A DNA stretch of 64,000 nucleotides from Azolla caroliniana (taxonomy: Eukaryota; Plantae; Polypodiophyta). Of the stretch, positions 41,230 to 55,379 are shown piece after piece. The first letter of the stretch is position 1. Each line of letters starts with the position of its first letter. The position numbers and the translations under genes were made by a program. The stretch covers positions 3,286,001-3,350,000 of the forward strand of contig JBHGNT010000005.1 of the NCBI GenBank assembly GCA_043228905.1. The letters run 5' to 3'. The notes under the pieces were generated by a model that was given only the letters and a program-made list of their open reading frames with translations, was not told where the DNA came from and ran no database searches.

Positions 41230-41755
41230 AGCATCACTAGAAGGGTGCACACTCATGTAAGAGGGATTGAGAAACGTATACAAACCCGACATTAACCTCG
41301 ATCGAAACAAGATCTAGGGTCAAGGTGCATGACCTAAAAGGAATGGCCAAGGTGTCTACGACATCAGCCATTAACACGAGGATATGACCGACAAAGCCAG
41401 GGAACAAAGAAAAAGCAAACAGAGGTAAATAAATAGCACTCAGAAACTGCGTCTTCACAATTTGGGGTGTCACAGTGGTCGTCTTTTGATACAAGAATTT
41501 TTTCCGACAAAACCAAACCAAACCAAACCAAACCAAACCAAAGATCAAAACCTCTATTGCATTCGTCTCTTTGTGCTCCCCCCCCCCCCCCCCCCCCCCC
41601 AAACCACACCCAACAAAAAGAAAGAAAACAAATTTCTTTGCTTCACAATCAAATGTGAAGAAGAATGCAGTGCACCTACGTGGGAAAGCTGCCTGCTACT
41701 CCTTTTGAGTCAGACATTGAGGTATAGAGACAGGTGAAACAGCGAACCGAGAGAG

Positions 41756-41891
41756 ATGCATCACCATCTGTACAGACGGCTCCTACAACGTAACAGTAGA
41801 TTGATTCCAACGACTAGGAGGCTTCTTTCTGACGCCATTCCCGTGTCTTCCAGTCCTCAACCAGGTTAATTAACATTTTCTTACCCTTCTG

Positions 41892-41923
<32 letters not shown>

Positions 41924-44900
41924 ATATATATATCGCCATTCCCATGTCTTCCTGTCCTCAACCAGGTTAATTAGCGTTTTCTTACGTCTCTGCTAATTAT
42001 ATATTTATGTTGATCCTTTTTTCATGTTCCTAATCTATGATGGCGTTTTATATTTGCTGGAGATCTCTAGTCTGATTTGATCTTGTATGGAAGTTCCAAA
42101 ACTAGCTCTTTTTTTTCTCTGTAAATCAGTACGGTCCCAAAATTAGTGGTAGGTTCTGGTTTGATATTCATTGCATTTTCTTCTATGTTTCCTTGGTGCT
42201 ATTCTAGGCTACTCAGATAAAAGAAAGTTCTTCAAGTGAGGATTTCTTATGTTGGAGATACCAAAAGTCTAATTAAAAGTATGTAAATGATAGATTTTGT
42301 GAGGATTTGAGCCCACAACATCAAAGAGAAGGATGTCACATACATTACACGACGATATAGTGTGCCATAGAGGAAGATGTTTAAGGGTAATGGTTTAAAG
42401 AGAAAAATCTCATTTGTTCACACACGATATTTCATTGACCATATGGTGTACGAAATTTAAAGGGAAAGAAGTAATGTGTATCAGCAGAGACCTTCATTCA
42501 TTTGGATTGCAAGTGTCAAAATGGAATGTTGTAAGTAAGATGATAATAAATGGCCAATATGTACCAGGATATGCGTACATGAACTATAGTTTGAGTGTCT
42601 ATGAGAAAACACTTAGAAAGATGTTATGGAGAGCAATATATTTAACATATATGTTTTATTGAGACAATATGTGTACTGGCATAATGAAAATCAATGACTC
42701 TCGAAAGACAGCTATCAACATATTTATTGATGCTGAAGCAAAACTTTTCCTTGTTTTCCAATTTACTCTCTATAGCTACACCTGATATATGGAAGCTCTG
42801 ACTTGATTGTAGTTAGTACAAATATAAGAAAGATCTCAAATGTGAACAATGTTTGTTTTATCTCCCTACATGCCTGTAAATTTTGGTTTTTTTCTCAATT
42901 GTCATTGGTCAACCTCCTCTCAGGCTACTACATGCATTATTTGAGCAATTATGTGGTCAATTCATCCTTTTTTTTCTCTCTTTTGAGGGTTGACCAGGGG
43001 CTTTTGGGCAAATAAAGAAAAAATCAAGGTTATTATGGACTTTTTTCCTAGATATAACTTTTTCATTGATTATATATGTTGTTTTTAATTCTTTCTTCTT
43101 TCCTTCTAATGCCCCCTCTCTACAATACTATATGTCTACAACTTTTTTAATGAATGTTTCTTTGCATCACATTGACCAATGTTCAGGTCTGTTGGAGCAT
43201 TACAATGGTCTCATCAGACAAGGAGCATTGCAGGCAGATGTCCAGCAGCAAAATGTTGTAGAAGTTTTGGATAATCTTTTGCAACAAATGGGTCCATACA
43301 ACAGACGTATGGAGCTCTATCATGTATTTCTCAAAAAAACTTTCTATCTGTGAATTGAAATTGGATAATCTGGTTATTGTTCATTAATACCACGAAATTG
43401 GAAAACCAAACTGTGAGCTGATCGGGTTTAAAAATCTGGAATGTCTCTAATATGGGTAGCCAAGATAATATTTGAAACTAAAATGCTCACCAAATTGCAC
43501 CAACAATCTTAAATTTCTATAATATGAGTAGCTCAAGATAATGTAAGACATTTCTGTAATAGGATATCTCCAAGAGGGAATATCAGCTTATGGCATCTGA
43601 ATATGGTGCAGCCTTTGTCTTGTTCTCTGCTATTCATACCATGCTTACTGAATATCTTGAGATCCAACCTTTACATTCAGTCATCTCATGAAAGAACACA
43701 TTTCACCTACAACAAAATATCAATGAGAATCTTTGAGAAAGGTCTAGGATTTATAATTGGAAAAAACGAACGAGATATTTCCAAACTTTTACATCAGCAG
43801 GAATCAACGCGGCAAGTTTCACAACTTTTTTCTTTTTATGCTGGTTTCATGAATTTCTTTTCATGATCGGCACCCATTGGTTACCTTTTATAACCTGCCT
43901 ATTCTTGCATATGAATCATGCACTCAAGATCTACGAATCTTGCGATTACTTCTAGCACCTGCAATCTCTCATGTGGTGTATGCTATTTCGACATCTAGTA
44001 TACTGGGTGCATATTTTTTATTACTTAGTGTTTCCTTAATCTTATTTGTGATGAATGTTACCTTTCTATTTTGGATTAAGTCTTAAGGGAGCATTCCTCA
44101 CATGGCGTATGCTATTTTGACATCGGCATTTTGAGTATATATTGGGTGCATAGTTTTTATTACTTAAAATGGTTAATTGGAATTTACAAACATTGGTAGG
44201 CACAACTGAAGGAGTGGGAAACAAGGAGATGTGAGCTCCGGAAACAACTGCTACAAGAGGAAGGGCAAAGAGAAGCTAAGCGCCAACTTGAAAAGAAACA
44301 AGCTGAAGAGCGAAGGAATCCGATTATCAAATGGTTTTCGAGGTATGAAATTTCAGTTTTTTTAGTTTTTCAATGTCTATTTATAGTGTTTTTTCACACT
44401 TTATGCTGCTTTGATTAAGGTGCTATAAAGAACTGCAGCAAAAACTCTTATCAATTGAAACAGAGAAGGAAATGCATTGGCAATTGCATGCATATGGGCA
44501 AGCGACAACTGATATTTTGAGGTACTTAACATATTCTAACTTATTTTTTAACAAGGATTATTGGGGCACAGACTGTCCTTCATATCTGAATATGCTTACC
44601 TGTCATGAGATAATAATCTAGGGGCCATGTCAATTTAGTTTATGGGAGTGCTGGGAGTGCCAATTTATCTTCATATCCACTTAAAATTAGGTCCTTGGCT
44701 GTCTAGTTTTGGATATATGACTTAGTCAGAGAGAAATGAAGTGATGAGGACATATATCATTAAAGTGGACACTGAACAATCTTGGATCAATCCAATAGTG
44801 TAACTAGGCACAAAGATATCCAATTATACATCCCTTGTCTTACATATGTCTTTGGATGGGTTCATTCTTCAAGCCTAGCTAATGGAGACATAACATGTTA

Positions 44901-47900
44901 CATGTCCTTCACACAACAGGGAAAGTCTGAACATCATCTCGACAATTGAAAATAGAAATTGGACAATATACATATTGCTTTAGAGGGCTGCACCTGCAAT
45001 AATTTGCGATGGAAAAGTTGAATTGGCGCAACAATATTTGCCATTTCTCTATGATGAGATCAGAGGAAGATCTCAATACATCTTTATGAGATCTCACTAA
45101 CTCTTCACGAGATCTCACTACATCTTCATTATATCTCAATACATCTTCATGAGTTATCAATATATCTTCATGATTTGGACTCTCCGTAGAGTAACAGTGT
45201 ACAGTGATTAAAGATGCTCAGTGCTCTTCCTTCTAGATACAAGAAGGAAAAAAGAGAGGCCTTGAGGGAAAGGTTGGCATTCGCTGACCATCTAAGCAGA
45301 GAGCTTTGACAGATCTCTTCACTACTAGTGACACTCTTCATGATGTATGAGCAAACAATCTGGCCAAAACGGATTCATGACAACTGGAGAACCAGTTCTC
45401 TTCATTGTGGATATTGCAGATGCCCACAGGGAACACCAAGCTGATTTGCATACCTACACAACATCAAAGTCTTCATCACACGCCACTTGTGATGCCCTCT
45501 TATCCCACCAACCTTCCCATATTGCATCACCCATAGGTTTCCAGAGGGCAGCATTTCAGTTCCTGTGATCAGGAACCAAACCTGGTTGTTTTCATGATTC
45601 ATTATTATTTTTCAAGCAATTTGATTCGAGGAAGCTAGCATAGTAAAACACATTCTGTTTGCTAGTTGCATTGGCAAATTGACGTAAACAATATCAATCT
45701 TCGTAAGATCTCAAAGACCATTTTGTTCTTTTAGAGATGTTCTTTCTTTCTTTATTAAACACAATTTAATTCCTAATTGAACTTTCGAGCTTGGATAAAT
45801 TGATTGAATCCTAAAAATCTATTTCTTTATAGGAAAAAGAGACGAAGTAGGGAAGTAGGTGCTGGAAGAACTGCATCTCATATCATCAGAGAAAAGAAAC
45901 TAGATCAATTGGTTGGTCCTTGTCCGTCTATCCCATCTGGCCCAAAAGGTCTTTACATTTATGGGAGTGTTGGATGTGGTGAGTGTGTTTGCTGTAGTAC
46001 CAATATTTCAATGTAATTTCTTTTTGTTAGTAATATGGTGTATTGCTGGTGGAAAGACCAGCAAGTCACTATATCTGTCTTAAGACTATAAATATGCAAA
46101 GGAGGGAGCATATGTGCGCTCCTTGATATCATGTGAAACATAGCAAGAATGTAAAGTTTGTTTGCATGGAATCTCAAATGTCAAATGTAGATAGGAAATA
46201 GGTGGATCATAATGGAGTTGCTTCTGATTTTATGTCATGATCATGTCATCTGATTTTCAGGCACAACTTGATTTTTGCATGTGATAATTGGAAGAATCTA
46301 GTGAAGTAGGCAAAGTCCTTGAAAGCATGTGCAAATATTTTAACTGAAGTCATGCTTTTGGCTTGGATTTAGAGTCTGTACCAACACAATCATACATTTT
46401 GAAATTCATCTTCTTGTAAACAGGGAAAACTATGCTGATGGACATGTTCTTTAATGCTACTGAAGGAGTCGTCAAACATCGAAGAAGGCTTCATTTTCAT
46501 GGGGTAATTCAACTTGTCCTTTGTAAGCACCAACACTCCTCCAGTAACATGTGCTATATATAGCTCCTAATCTCTCTCTTTGTCTTCCTAGGCATTGTTG
46601 GAGGTGCATGATTGGATGCATAAATTATGGAAAAAGCAGTTAGAAAGAAAGGCAGAGTATGCCACTCAAGAGGACACTTCAATTTATTTTGATGAATCAT
46701 CTGAAAGTGAATCAGAAGCCCTGAGAAAGGCAACAAAACGATGGATTGATTCAGAAAACAAGTTTCAGAAAGAGATTTCACGAAGCAATCTTCTTGAATT
46801 GGTTGCTGATAATCTTCTTGGTGATAATACAGACAGTACAACTGGTGGTGCAAACTTACTATGCTTTGATGAAATGCAGGTATGCTCTGAGCCTTTCAAG
46901 AGGTAACTTGAATTTAAACACTCTGCAAGTTGCTGATGCTTTGCCCCTGTTCTAGGTGGTTGATGTTTTTACAGCAGTAGCCTTGGCTGGAATTTTCAGC
47001 ACCCTCATAAAGAAAGGTACAATTATAATTGCAACAAGCAACAGAGCACCAGATGATTTGAACAAGGTCTGGATGAAATTTCTGTATCTATAATGGAACT
47101 GATGATGATGCATTATAAGCTGAACTTGAGTTGCCTTCTCTTGTATAGGAAGGAATGCAAAAGGAAATTTTTGACAAATTCATCATGGAATTACAACAGC
47201 ACTGTCATCTCATACCAGTTGATAGCAATAAAGACTATCGTAGATTGCTTGCTGTTGAAACTAATGAAAAGGTGGCAGAGCTTCTTATATAAGTAACACA
47301 TTAAATATTGTTTAGGCATAGCTGAAATGATTCTGTTCCTGATGACCACAGAACAATTATCGGAACTATTTTTGGCCAGTTAATGCAGAAATAGAAAATA
47401 TCGTCGAGCAAAAGTGGCAAGTGTTGGTGTCAAAATGTGGGGGGAAGGTGGTGTCCACTACAATACCTGTAATGTTTGGGAGGTATGTTGGGTGTAGATA
47501 GCTTGAATGATTTAAAAATCTTGTTTTTCTGCTGAACAAGTTGCTGTACTACCAGAATGTCTGACAGTTATACCTTGTTGTAGAACACTTGAAGTGCCTA
47601 AGAGTTGTAATGGAGTTGCTCGATTTACTTTTGAAGAAATATGTGATAGACCTGTATGTATTTCTTAATCTTGCACAATCATGTTGGTTCTATTGAATCT
47701 TGTTCATTGTAAAGATTAGGTCATAATCTGCAGGTTGGTGCTGCAGACTACATATCGCTTGCACGCAATTTCCATACAATAATTGTCACTGGCATCCCTA
47801 TGATGAGCATGAGAAATCGGGACAAAGTGAGTTTTGATATTTCTTTTCGTAGTACACTTGTTTTGAGTTAATTTATTTATTTTCATGTCATTGTTACGCG

Positions 47901-48830
47901 CAGGCTCGAAGATTCATCACATTAGTTGATGAACTTTATAATCATCGGAGACAGATGATATGCACTGCTGCAACATCTATTGATGAACTCTTTCTGGGTT
48001 CAGATGATGGCCACCTCCTTGATCTAGAAAGGTAGTCTAGCCATTGCTACTTATTGAAGGCTACTTTTTACAAGGGCAGCCTTCTCTCTGTTTTGGACCC
48101 TCCCATTCCTACTCTTACAGCTGTGATAAAAAGAAAATCTATTTCACTGCCATGGAAGAGCTCAGGGGCATCAGGGAAATTCCTTTCAGGATTAATTCCA
48201 TGTCATCTGAAGGCCAAGATTGGCCTTCAGAAGAAATAACTTCCTTTTTTAACTTTCTGGCTTTTGGGACTTACTGAACTGTGGTCTATCATAGAGGTCG
48301 ATTTTTGAAATGAAAAATAAAATTTGCGTTTTTCTGTATAAGAGAACTGCAAGAGGTGATCTTTTCAAATCTAAAGATGGTAGATATGTGTTTGTCAGAG
48401 GGCTGATGACAGGAATGACGTATAATGTATTTCATTTCATTGAACAGTTTGCAATTCGAAACAGAAGTGGAAGATACCCGTTCACGTAAGGATGTCACTC
48501 TTCCAGGAAATGTAGCCCCACTTGGTGGCACCCAAGAGGAGATATCAAGGATTCAATTTCTGTTTTCTGGGAGGGAGGAACTTTTTGCATTTCAACGTGC
48601 TGTAAGCGATATTACCTTTATATTTAACTAGCCATTTCTTTGAGATTCTACAAGTACTTGGAACTCATTTGAATTTGGATCACGTATTTGTTTTCTTGAT
48701 TCCTATCTATATATTGAATTTTGTTTTTGAACAGGTGTCTAGGTTAATAGAAATGCAGAGCCTTATCTATCTTCAAGCAGTTGATTCACATATTCATCAA
48801 AATCATCAAAAAGGGATTGAGACCCAGTAA
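41756..48830 (+). CDS. AFG1L: AFG1-like (LACE1/ZapE family) P-loop ATPase, about 602 aa, 14 exons, probably mitochondrial
   Basis: Exons 41756-41864, 43187-43323, 44200-44342, 45833-45978, 46424-46503, 46592-46879, 46956-47066, 47149-47271, 47352-47482, 47584-47653, 47734-47826, 47904-48031, 48448-48601, 48735-48830, all in phase (1809 nt). Motifs: [21 protein letters not shown] (Walker A), LLCFDEMQ (Walker B), ATSNRAP, VGAADY, ARRFITLVDELY, AFQRAVSRLIEMQS. The N-terminus is Arg/Leu-rich. Confidence 0.93.
41833..41995 (+). repeat. Duplication of about 62 bp spanning the AFG1L exon 1/intron 1 boundary, separated by (CTAT)n(AT)n
   Basis: CGCCATTCCC(G/A)TGTCTTCC(A/T)GTCCTCAACCAG|GTTAATTA at 41833 and 41934. 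Confidence 0.9.
45067..45171. repeat. 21-bp tandem repeat x5 in AFG1L intron 3
   Basis: Consensus GAGATCTCA(A/C)TACATCTTCAT, with units at 45067, 45088, 45109, 45130 and 45151. Confidence 0.9.
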
Positions 48831-49289
48831 GCTTCCTATCAATATGTACACATTTCGAGGCATTGAGATGCCTTCTCTGAACACTGGAATAAGGGATATT
48901 CTTCATTTATTCTTTCAATGTAATATATTGATACATTGAATAAAGATTTGATCTAAATACTGGAAATCATGAACAAATTCCGATAATTTATACGAATAAG
49001 GTTGAAAATTTGAATGACTTACATCGAAACAACAAAGTTTTATAAGTTGTTTCACAGATAGAAGCAGGAGAAGATGAATAAAAGGATATTTATGGAATTT
49101 AAGCAATTACAAAGAATGAGTCAAGACTATGCAAGAGGATACCAGTCTAGTAAGAAGTAATGGAAAATGATATTTCAATGTGTTTGGACTTCACCTTCGA
49201 TGTTTTACTATAGTATGTATGAGAACTATAAATTTCATGTATTAGACCTTAAGAGATATATTGACATTATGTAATGATATTAGTGATGA

Positions 49290-49858
49290 TGTTAGTATAA
49301 CCCTAATCTTATAATTATACTAGTGTAATCAAAGGCTAATTTAGATATCCGGTTTATCATGAAAATTGGTTTCCCTGAAAAATGAGATTTTCATTTGTAC
49401 TTATATATTACATGTGGCTAAAGTTTTATATAGAGGTTATCAAAACCCAATCATATGATCTATCATTGGAAAGATCTTAGTAAGGGGATTGGAGAGCATG
49501 AAGATCACAAAATTTGGACTTGGATGAAAGATATGATCTGAAAAAGCACCTTGAACAAAATTTGGACTGCTAAAAAACGCCTTGCACAAAATTCTACCTG
49601 GTGTGAGTGAGAAAACAAGACATGAATCCTCTCTTCGAAAATCAACTCCAAAAGTTCTTTGATGGAAGAAGCTTGTTTTGGAGAATCATTGGTTTCCCAA
49701 ATAGAAGCTGTTTTGAAGAATCATTGGCAAATAAAGCTCAAAGTTGAAAGATGAACTCAGCCAATTCAATATTTACTAATTCAAAGAAATTAACTTAGCC
49801 AATGATGTCATGTGGATAGAGAGTGCTTATTCAAAATTTAAGAAGTTTGTAGCTAACA
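49290..49858 (+). mobile_element. Possible LTR remnant
   Basis: TGTTAG...CTAACA inverted ends followed by TGG, with short internal duplications. No TSD and no convincing PBS. Confidence 0.25.
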
Positions 49859-50742
49859 TGGTGAAGATCTAAGGGAAAGTTTGTGCAATTAGGTGATTGA
49901 TCTATTCATTGATAGGTCCAAGTATGAAAGGGGTAAATGTATATAGGAAGTTCCACATGTTGGATGATCTATGTGTTAATAGGGAAGTAGATAGAACAAG
50001 AATCTAGTGGTACATCAAAGAATTTCTTAATAGGTAGGAGGAATACATGTACTTTTTATTCACCAGGAATAGCATCAAAACACATCATGAATAAGCTAAT
50101 GATGTTAACATTTTTTGCAACTCCAAATGAGATATGAGAATATGCATATGGCATATGGTTAAAAACACATTTATGTAAAACATCGCTTGAATGCCATCCT
50201 CAAGTACATATTCCACGTTATATAAGTGCTTAACAGTTTTATGCACAATTGAAAGCCATAGTAAATGTGATGTCTATAATCAACAACATAGGTAAGCAAA
50301 GACTACTGAGGAAGTTACAAAGTATTCAAGGATGCCTAGTTCCTTATTTGGATGATGAACATACCATGAACACAAGTATAAAAGGATGAACATGCCTAGT
50401 TTCATTCTCTTTGAGAGAAATCAGTTGCACGTCATCTTTGGATCAACTTCATAAGGCATACCACAAAATCTATAAAACAGTGTAAGTTCTATCAACCAAC
50501 ACCTGTAATTATCATGTTCTAATGACTGAACAGCACTATAACTGATTATATTTGATATGCTACACTACAACATAGATTTAAGTAAGATTTAGACAACAAA
50601 AAAAGTTAGGCTTATCAAAATGCTCAATGTGCAATGCAGTGTTTAACTTAATGAGAAAAGAGTAGTGTTTATGAATCACTTGGCAACCACATTAGATGTC
50701 ATGTAAAACATATTGGTATTCCAAAAAATAAGTTATTGATCA

Positions 50743-53700
50743 CTATATGTCTTGCAGAAGTCTGGTTTTGGGACATTTCCTCATGGCATGAAGAGCATGA
50801 TCATAACCAGTATATCCTACTCGTGGATGATCATGTTCATCATCACCTAAATTAATACAACTAGAACCTGCACCCGTCCTTAATCCCAACCTATATTCAT
50901 GACCACGATCATGATCAAAAGTAATCGGGTTCAATTTAGTCATCTTGACCATATCACTATTATCATCATCAACCAGATTCGGATTCTCCTTAATTCTAAT
51001 CTCATCATAGTAATGATGATTATGCTCCCCAGTACTAGTTATATATTTTGCTAACGGTGCTTGTATATTAAGCTCATTATTATTCATATTGTGTGATAGC
51101 TGTAGTTCTGGATTCATCATCTGAAATTTCTTTGTTTGCTTCAAATGTTGTCGATTCTCCGGAGGCGTGTTAATGATGGCCACTGATTGTGTAGAGGTCA
51201 ATTTACCAGATAATTTGTTGTTAGTTGCTTCCATATAATCTGATTGTTTGCGAGAATTAATACTAGCTTTCCATGTCGCATGGTTATGGCTGATCTTAAC
51301 TCGGTGATGCTCGCAGTAAATGCTTCCTTCCACTTGGCTTTGTTTGCATCGCCATCCTCTTCCATCCATACGTGAGCATCGATCGATACTTGCGGTGGTA
51401 TCCAATAAATCCAATGCATTGACTAGAGGTTCTTCCTCGATTATGTAACTCTTCTCCTTTTTCTGAATTCTGGCACGCTCAAACACAATATCGTCTTGAT
51501 GATTTCGTATTAATGCAATGGAATTGAAGTTAGTTGATCCATCCTTCTTCCTCTTAATACCACTGTGTATTGAATATTCAACCTCATGGTTTACAGTACT
51601 CCGATTCGATACTGAATTTGATTCATGAACAAGTAGGTTATTATTATTGTTATGTTCGATGTGGGGCCGAATTATATTATAATCCTGATTGCCTTGATCC
51701 ACACTAAAAGGATGCAATTGTTTTGACAACATTGACGAATTTGCTGACTTATTGCTTGTTACAATAGTCTTTTGAGCTGAACCCATACAGTTTATACCTT
51801 TCTTCTCTTCAATTATACCCTCCTCAATCTCCTTCTTCTTTTTCTTCTTCTTGTAATTCTTTGAATTTAGCTTTGAGACGGCTATTGATCTCGACATGAG
51901 ATTTCGCCTATTGTGATGTTTTTTGAGCAATTTGTGATGGTGCTCACAGTATCCATATTGCTTTGACCCATCTGCAGTCATTATATTCAACCTTATCTTC
52001 TTACACCTCCATCCTCTCCCATCAACTCTCTTGCATCTTAGCATATCATCGAGTGGTATATTATTATTATTATCATTGTTATGCGCCACATGATCAAAAT
52101 TTTGAATATTGGACACATGATTTTGACGATTTATATAAGACAGATCTTTGTCTACCATATTGTCATTATATTGATCAATGGATTCATCTTTATGCATAGG
52201 ATCATGATCATGATCATCACCGTTTTTGATGGCTTGGCTACTAGTGCAATTGTTGCAATATTGCACATTGTTCAAGATTAATGACGAATTCGGCTCATGA
52301 TCTGCCATGATGAACTCAGTGGTGGCTGCCACATTCAGTATACACGAATCTGGTTTTGATTGGTACTGATATTATATACATATTCAAATAGATTATAAAT
52401 TTAATGAACTCATCACTATAAGTAGTACCCGAATCTTTATGGTGTCGAGATCGCTGCCTTGGACCTGACCAGCTTGTAGCATTATGCAAATGATGAGACG
52501 CCTCAATGAGATTGGGTAGCATTTCTTTAACACTGTGTTTGGTATTGTTGTTTGAGTTAGCTTTAACATCACCACACGATGGCAACAACATGTTTTCGAA
52601 TGGCCTGCAGATTATTCTTAGCAATTAGCTAGTATAACCAATTATACACTTGACCATAATTGTAGTTTGTAAGTACCTCATTATGACCATTTTATGTTTG
52701 TCTGTCATTCTAGCCACCTCTAAAACTCTTGTTAGGATTGAATTATATGCCCCCTTGTCCTCCGCCCGCTGCAAATCATAAAGTCATATATATTAAGCTC
52801 GTTTTGGTCATTCTTAGTTTCCTTGCAAGTTTCAATAGGACTAGCATGCATAGCAATTGGAATAATAGAACACTTTACATAGCTCAATCTCTCTGCAGGT
52901 AGTTCTAAATTTAATGCATAATTACCTTGATCCAACTATCCATCTCGTGGTCAACCATCGTCGTATTTGATTTGGACATGTTATAATAGTCCTTACAATG
53001 TTGTTGCTCATGAGGTACTCTCAATGTCACGTTGACATCAAGCATGTTATCATGATTCTTGTGTTGTGCACCATTTAGATTCCGATCCCTTGATGACATA
53101 TTAACCTTGGCAATAGAATTTGATACCTTGATGACATCACGATGATTCTTCTTTACATTATTCCTCGGTTTCTTCTTTGCCTTATGATTCACCATCATCT
53201 TATTCCTTGCATTCCAAGAGGCATGGTGTTGATCAATCTTTTCCCGGTGATAATCACAGTAGATTGTGTGTGGATTTTTAATGCTTCTCATGTTTTTGCA
53301 TTGCCAACCTCGGCCACTCCTCCGACCACATCGCTTTGGTTCAGACATATAAGTGAATGGATCACATAATATCGTGGTCCGATCATCAAATGTAAAAGTT
53401 GGAGTATCCAATTTGTGTATTTGAGTACTAACCAACTGTCTATCAATATCATTGGCATAATTAATCTTAATAATGTCTGATATTTTACTTGTTTCTTCTA
53501 CATTATTATAGTCAGTAGTATTTATTTGTTTCTTTAATTCGATCAAGATTGGCTTCTGATCTTCTGCAGGTAAACTGTGTGAAGCTATTGCATTCAGCTC
53601 ATCGAGTACAGATTCTTTAATGCATGTAGACGTTTCTGATCAAAACAAATTACAATTAAAATGCACAGATTCTACACTTTGGAGATAAATAAATGTGTAT

Positions 53701-54527
53701 ATATATATATATATATATATAAATAGTTTGTATTAAGCTACTGTGGGGCATGTGACCACTTTTACCATTGTGATATATAGATAATTAGAATAAGGATATA
53801 ATCTAAAAAAATGTACCTCTATTAGTATAAGCTATCTGATGACAATATTGTTGCCTCGAAGGGTAATTATGGATCTTACGTTGAATATCATTCAACGGAT
53901 TAATCGCCTGATGTCTACAACTATTAAGAGAAATCAAATGATCATAACTCATCAATACACTGATCGTTACCTTGATCATCAGTACCATCACAATAAAAAA
54001 TAGAAGAGCAAGATATAAAGATAAGTATCATATTCTAATTATGATCACCATTTATATAAAACCATAGCATCAAGATAGATACCTGTAAATCTTCACTATA
54101 TTATATTTAGTGGATTATTAACGTTGGAGTGGTTGCAAAATGTGGACGATCACTAATACCACTTATAATTATGGTTGTAATGGACGAAACTTACCTGGTG
54201 TTACATTCGTGCTCATGGTGTATCATTTTGTTGTTATTTCTATGGATTAAGGCTGGTTGCGAACGATTATTTGATGGTATAATGACCTGATTCATGAACT
54301 ACATCCATTAGCAATAATATATACATATATATGAGTATATACGTATATAGCAAACGAGTACCTGAACAGCAGGGGATGTGGTAACATCACGTCGAAGAAG
54401 ATAATGGGAATCATTGCCACTTAATATGGATAGATGCTCTGTTTCCTGATGATGAAACTTGTCTAAGCCACTCTCTTGACCTTGACCTTGACGATGTTGA
54501 CCAGGACCGTCATGACCATAGTCGGCG

Positions 54528-54563
<36 letters not shown>

Positions 54564-54877
54564 AGAAGAGTACCACGACTTAGTACATGACCAAGTGAGG
54601 CAGGACCAAAATATCGACCATGATCACCATGAGTTCTTCTACCATTACCATGATCACCATTTGAATCATCAGTTCTTATACCATGACCATCATAATCATC
54701 ATAATCAACATAACCATGATGACCAGGACTATCGACATTATTATTGCTGTGTTTTTGATTATTAGTATTATTGTCGCTGCTGCTATTAGAATAATAGGCG
54801 TGATCGTATTCCAACTCAGAGGTAGCAGAAGGAGGTGGAGCGGAGGCTCTGGAACGTTTCCGTTTCCTGATACGCAT
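50743..54877 (-). CDS. WRC-domain protein with three C3H zinc fingers, about 1111 aa, 7 exons
   Basis: Exons 54877-54362, 54286-54195, 53959-53817, 53635-52926, 52768-52677, 52604-52429, 52349-50743, all GT-AG and in phase (3336 nt). N-terminus MRIRKRKR. WRC motifs: RCGRRSGRGWQC..YCDYH, RCKRVDGRGWRC..YCEHH, RCSRMDGRGWRC..YCEHH. No QLQ or JmjC domain seen. Confidence 0.82.
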
Positions 54878-54930
54878 ATTGGCAAGGGAGATGGTTATTC
54901 TCTCTTTCCCACAGAACCAAACAGAGAGAG

Positions 54931-54987
<57 letters not shown>

Positions 54988-55379
54988 AGATCAGAGAAAA
55001 ATTCGAATGAATATATATTATATGCATATAATATGTACATATGTAGTAATTAGAAAAAGGCTTTTTGTTTTGTTTTAGGTATTTCCTTCCTTATTTTGTC
55101 TGTGTTTTGTGTTTGTTTTTGGGAAGAGAATGGAAACACATCCAAGGTTCAAAACCCCACAAACCCCTCAACCCATTTTAACTCAAAAGTTTCTTTTTCT
55201 TTTACTCCTCTTCTTCCCTCCCATTTCCATATAACTATGACCACCACCACCTTCCCCTTCATCAAACACACACACTCTTTTCAATTAACACTCTTTTCAT
55301 TAAAACTTCCAATTCCTTTTAATTAACATTAGATCGTCCCTCTCTCACGCTCTGGTAAAAAAAAAGCACACAATAATAT

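Noticed and set aside
27720-45171. CRISPR-like arrays among the short repeats
   Set aside because: The units are adjacent or degenerate without unique equal-length spacers, the context is eukaryotic, and there are no cas genes.
52732-52935. Apparent frameshift in the WRC gene
   Set aside because: Resolved by the GT-AG intron 52925-52769 with correct phase.
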